Positions 60,508 through 64,000 of a stretch of 64,000 bases of DNA are shown here, piece after piece. Positions within the stretch are counted from its first letter, which is position 1; every line of letters starts with the position of its first letter. Both the position numbers and the translations under genes were made by a program. Origin of the DNA: an uncultured delta proteobacterium (GTDB lineage Bacteria; Myxococcota_A; UBA9160; SMWR01). The notes beneath the pieces were generated by a model. It ran no database searches. It was not told where the DNA came from and saw only the letters and a list, made by a program, of their open reading frames with translations. The DNA lies in assembly GCA_963832165.1 (NCBI GenBank), contig CAWHTE010000004.1, positions 576,001 to 640,000 of the forward strand, in the 5' to 3' direction.

Positions 60508-60825
60508 TCAGAGCTTCGGGTGGTGTCCGAGCGGGTCCTTGAACGTGAAGCGCAGCGGCCCGCCGACCAGCGGGCCGAGCGGCTTCGCGATCTCGGTGGG
60601 CCGCGTGAGCGCCACGATCGGCGCCACGGGCACGAGGTAGACGGCGAGGCCCACGACCGACGTGAGCAGCCCGATCGGGCGCATCACGAGGACGTCGAAC
60701 ACGACCGGCACGCTCGACGACTCCCCGGCACCCGACAGGCGGTCGGCGCGCGCGGGCGCAGCGAGCGTGAGAGCGAGACCGGCGATCGCGAACGCAGAGG
60801 CGAAGTGACGGATCCGATTCAGCAT
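60508..60825 (-). CDS. Small exported/membrane hypothetical protein
   Basis: Signal peptide ending ARA-D; DVLVMRPIG, hydrophobic hairpin, FTFKDPLG. Confidence 0.7.
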   Translation of the reverse strand: MLNRIRHFASAFAIAGLALTLAAPARADRLSGAGESSSVPVVFDVLVMRPIGLLTSVVGLAVYLVPVAPIVALTRPTEIAKPLGPLVGGPLRFTFKDPLGHHPKL

Positions 60826-60886
60826 CGGCGGAAACCCTCCGGAAGTTCCTCGACTTATCGGGCGGGCGGACCGGAGGGTTGAGGTG

Positions 60887-61795
60887 CTACTTGGGCCACT
60901 CCGGCCAGTCGCGCGACACGGAAAGTTTCCAGTCTGGCGCGCGCCGCTCGAGGTAGGCCACCACGCCCTCGACCGCGTCCGCGCGCGCCATGAGGTGGTG
61001 GTGCAGGGCGGTCTCCTTGCGCTCGATCGCGACCGGATCGAGCAGGGAGCTCTCCCAGAGCAGCCGCTTCGTGACCGCGACCGAGAGCGGGGCGGTGTTC
61101 GCCGCGATGTCCTTCGCGATCGCGAGCGCGGTCGGCAGCACCTCGGCCGCGGGCACGACGCGCGAGGCGAGGCCGAGCCGCTCCGCCTCGAGCGCGTCGA
61201 TCTTGCGGCCCGTGAGCAGGAGGTCGGCGGCGCGGCTGTGTCCGACGATCCGCGGCAGCGTGAAGTGCGCGTACGCGTCGGGCATCACGCCGCGGCGCAC
61301 CTGGACCACGCCGTACTTTCCCTCGCGTGCGAGGATACGCAGGTCGCACTGCAGCGCGATCGTGAAGCCGAGACCGATCGCGTGGCCGTTCACCGCGGCG
61401 ATCACGGGCTTGCGGATCGCGAACGCGGGCGGATCGAACGCGGCCGCCGAGAAATCGGCCGGCTCCTGCGCCGCGAACGTCGCGGCGCCCGGCGCGAGAT
61501 CGGCACCGGTGCAGAACGCATCGCCGGCACCCGTGATCACGACCGCGCGGATCGCGTCGTCGCCGTCGCAGCGGCGGTAGGCGGCGCCGAGCGCCAGGCC
61601 CATCGCACCGCTGAACGCGTTGCGCTGCTCGGGCCGGTTCAGCGTGACGAGCGCGACGCCCCCCTCGACCTCGAAGCGCAGGTCCTCCCCGTTTGCCGGG
61701 CCTTCGCGCTCGCTGCTCGCTCGCGCTCGGGCTCCGGCCTTCGCTCGGCTTCGCCTCGCTGCGCGTCGGCCGCCTTCGTCGGCCTCCTTGCTCAT
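60887..61795 (-). CDS. Enoyl-CoA hydratase/isomerase with repeat-derived N-terminal extension
   Basis: ATGA overlap with upstream gene; LNRPEQRNA, AFCTGADL, KPVIAAVNGHAIG. Confidence 0.92.
   Translation of the reverse strand: MSKEADEGGRRAARRSRAKAGARARASSEREGPANGEDLRFEVEGGVALVTLNRPEQRNAFSGAMGLALGAAYRRCDGDDAIRAVVITGAGDAFCTGADLAPGAATFAAQEPADFSAAAFDPPAFAIRKPVIAAVNGHAIGLGFTIALQCDLRILAREGKYGVVQVRRGVMPDAYAHFTLPRIVGHSRAADLLLTGRKIDALEAERLGLASRVVPAAEVLPTALAIAKDIAANTAPLSVAVTKRLLWESSLLDPVAIERKETALHHHLMARADAVEGVVAYLERRAPDWKLSVSRDWPEWPK
61693..61791 (-). repeat. Dispersed structured repeat, long form (copy A3), inside the enoyl-CoA hydratase CDS
   Basis: 99 nt, reverse-complement match to 237-336 with a 1-nt deletion. 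Confidence 0.95.
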
Positions 61796-62181
61796 GCCGC
61801 GGGCTCGAGCTCCACGATCGCGCGTGCGCCGATCCGGCCGGTGAGGCGCGAGAAGAAGTCGACCACCGTCATCTGCCAGCCGTACTTCGCCTGCAGCGCT
61901 TCGTAGGCCGCGCGCACGATCTTGGCGTCCTCGACCACGCGCCCGCGCGCCTCGATCCAGTCGCCGCGCAGCGCCCCGCGCACGTTGCACGCGGCGACGC
62001 GCGCGCGCGGTCCGTTGCGCAGCCGCTTCACCTTGCCCGCGTCGCCCTCGCTGAACAGGTAGAGGTGATCGCCCCGGCGCGCGAACCAGACGGGTGTCTG
62101 CACCGCGCGGCCGTCGCGCCGGAAGGTCGCGAGACTGACGTAGCTCTCCTGGTCGAGGTCGGAGAATTTCTCGTGTTTCAT
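61792..62181 (-). CDS. PPOX-class (putatively F420-dependent) oxidoreductase
   Basis: YVSLATFRRDG..VQTPVWF, GKVKRLRN, ACNVRG, KYG. Confidence 0.88.
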   Translation of the reverse strand: MKHEKFSDLDQESYVSLATFRRDGRAVQTPVWFARRGDHLYLFSEGDAGKVKRLRNGPRARVAACNVRGALRGDWIEARGRVVEDAKIVRAAYEALQAKYGWQMTVVDFFSRLTGRIGARAIVELEPAA

Positions 62182-62203
62182 GAAGATTCCTGTAGGAACG
62201 TTA

Positions 62204-62290
62204 CCTGCCCCGAGTTCGCGTTCACCTACGAGAGTTACAACGTAGTTGAACCCCTACAAGCTCAGGAGTATCTTGCTCCGCGGGGGCAGG
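62204..62290 (+). other. Candidate structured RNA element (multi-stem)
   Basis: CCTGCCCC/GGGGCAGG closing stem; inner GAGTT/AGCTC, GTTCA/TGAAC, CTACG/CGTAG, GGAGTA/TGCTCC. Confidence 0.45.
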
Positions 62291-62309
62291 CGTGCGACAG
62301 ACAACTCGT

Positions 62310-62840
62310 ATGCGGCGTTCGGCGCACCTGGCGTGGCTGCTGTGTCTTCCGTGGATCATCGGGGGCACTTCCGATCCGGGCGTGCTGCTCGAAGTCGATC
62401 GCGAGAGCTTCGAGGTGCGCGCGCGCGACCTCGCCTCGGGACACACGGGTCCCAGCCTGCGCGTCGTGCTCGGCTCGCCCGCGCATCCGACGCCGAGCGG
62501 CAACTTCCCGCTGCACGTGGTGGTGCGCAATCCGGGCTGGAGCCCGGGTGAAACCGCGCGCTCGTTCGGGGCCCATCCCGTGGAGCCGTCGAGCGACGGT
62601 CCGCTCGGCGCGGGCAAGATCCCGTTCGCGGAGCGCGGCGAGATCTCGCTGCACGGCGGCGCCAACCCGCTCCTGCTCGGCAAGCCGGTCTCGCTCGGCT
62701 GCGCGCGCGCCACCGATGAAGACCTGCTCCGCCTGCTCGACTGGCTCGAGCAGCGGCGCGCCCTGCAGCGCCCCGAGCCGATGGCCGGCGGCGAACTGCG
62801 CCAGTACTTCCGCCGCCCCGCTCGCGTCACCGTCCGCTAG
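62310..62840 (+). CDS. L,D-transpeptidase (YkuD family)
   Basis: PTPSGNF, NPGW, GPLG, ISLHG...SLGCAR; start 62292 or 62310. Confidence 0.85.
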   Translation: MRRSAHLAWLLCLPWIIGGTSDPGVLLEVDRESFEVRARDLASGHTGPSLRVVLGSPAHPTPSGNFPLHVVVRNPGWSPGETARSFGAHPVEPSSDGPLGAGKIPFAERGEISLHGGANPLLLGKPVSLGCARATDEDLLRLLDWLEQRRALQRPEPMAGGELRQYFRRPARVTVR

Positions 62841-62948
62841 CGCGCTGCCCAGGCGCGCACGGCGCAGTCCACGGGAAGCGGGTGCCCGGTCCGCCCAGCG
62901 TTCGCGGGTGCCGTTTAACACGTTTGGTGGGTTGCTCACCACACATGG

Positions 62949-63647
62949 GTGATGAGACGACTAGCCCCTATCTCGGGGCTGCGATGGGTGATCGCAGCCA
63001 GCGGCCTCCTCGGCGCACTCGCCGCCTCTCCGTCGCCCGCGCGCGCGCTGGCTACGGTGTTCTGGGACGCGAGTCTCGGTGTGTCGCAGGCGACGGCGAC
63101 TAACGCGAACACCGCCGGCGTTCCGGTCCGTTCGCCCGTTGGCTCCCAGCCCGTGGCGGCGCCCGACATCACCCGCGCGATCGACCTCTCGACGCTCGCG
63201 GTCGGATCGACTGCAAATGTTACGTCGAACTGGACCCTATCGAACAACACGGGAACGACGCTCCAGGACCTCTACCTCGTGTTCCTGAAGCCCCTCCCGA
63301 ACACGATCTTCCTGGACGGCAATCCCCAGCCGGTCACCTACGACCCGGCCGACGTCGGAGCCACGATCGGGAGCAATTGGGTGATCTTCCAGCTTGAATT
63401 GAACTCGATTCCCGTGTACTACCCCGCCGTCTCGGTGGGTACTCTGGCGAACGGCGCGAACGCTGTATTCCCGCTCCACTACGTGCTCGACAATCCCCAG
63501 GTGTTCACCGAATCCTTCAACTACCAACTGGGGTTGCCGAAGTGGGATCTGACATTTGTATCCGTTCCGGTGCCGGAACCAGCATCGGGTGTGCTCGTGC
63601 TCGCAGGCCTGGTGGGAATCGCGCGCTCGCGACGCAAGCGCTCGTAG
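62949..63647 (+). CDS. PEP-CTERM sorting-domain protein
   Basis: Signal peptide; Thr/Asn/Ser-rich; C-terminus VPEPASGVLVLAGLVGIARSRRKRS. Confidence 0.88.
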   Translation: MMRRLAPISGLRWVIAASGLLGALAASPSPARALATVFWDASLGVSQATATNANTAGVPVRSPVGSQPVAAPDITRAIDLSTLAVGSTANVTSNWTLSNNTGTTLQDLYLVFLKPLPNTIFLDGNPQPVTYDPADVGATIGSNWVIFQLELNSIPVYYPAVSVGTLANGANAVFPLHYVLDNPQVFTESFNYQLGLPKWDLTFVSVPVPEPASGVLVLAGLVGIARSRRKRS

Positions 63648-63652
63648 ACCCC

Positions 63653-64000
63653 CGAGCGCGGCTCGTCGTCGCGGCCCTGGCCGTGGTGCTCGCCGCGCTA
63701 CCGGCGCTCGCTGCCGATGAGGCCGCGGTGCTGCGACAGAGCGCCGAGCAGCTCGCGGCGGCCGACCGCTGCGAGGAGGCGCTCCCGCGTGCCCGCAAGG
63801 CGCGCGAGCTCGACGCGCGCGACGCGCGCGCCGCGCTCGTCGAGGGGCGCTGCCTGCTGCGGCTCCGCAACTACCGCGAGTCGTTGGCGCCGCTCACCAC
63901 TGCACGAGAGCTCGATCCGAAGCTCGAGGGCGTCTCGGCCGATCTCGCGCAGGCCCACTACCACCTCGAGGAGCTCGACGCGGCGAGCGCAGAGCTCGAT
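63653..64000 (+). CDS. Exported TPR protein (3' truncated; start codon not identified)
   Basis: Own translation RARLVVAALAVVLAALPALA-ADE...ARELDARDARAALVEGRCLLRL...ARELDPKL...LAQAHYHL. Confidence 0.65.

Noticed and set aside
62204..62290. tRNA or tRNA-Sec
   Set aside because: No T-loop GTTCRA in the right position, no cloverleaf spacing, no CCA end.

Overview
A very GC-rich bacterial chromosome segment. The gene repertoire (DUF4388/DnaJ/TPR protein, V4R-STAS protein, bactofilin, PEP-CTERM proteins, sigma54/PTS-Ntr cluster linked to metK) suggests a Myxococcota/deltaproteobacterial lineage, which is inference only. It carries housekeeping blocks (lptC-lptA-lptB-rpoN-ptsN-hprK-rapZ-EIIA-ptsH, metK, spoIID-like-yajC-secD-secF, ispD-ispF-uvrB, uvrC, comEC, fdhD-fdhF/ydeP), a small glycan-modification cluster (2.4-7.3 kb), a Wzx/Wzy polysaccharide locus (37.8-51.7 kb), a REC-HD-GYP/V4R-STAS/DnaJ-TPR signalling unit and lipid-catabolic enzymes. 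I found no rRNA, tRNA, CRISPR array, transposase or prophage. The most notable hidden signals: (1) a dispersed family of nearly T-free, hairpin-forming repeats (7 core copies plus a related hairpin), with GNA triloops and compensatory changes, three of them apparently translated inside genes; (2) a priming sugar transferase fused to a degenerate GGDEF domain that keeps its RxxD site; (3) a tandem double-domain LptA; (4) -10 boxes 5-7 nt before many start codons, suggesting leaderless mRNAs; (5) two unexplained structured intergenic regions. Four or five single-base frameshifts are probably sequencing errors.
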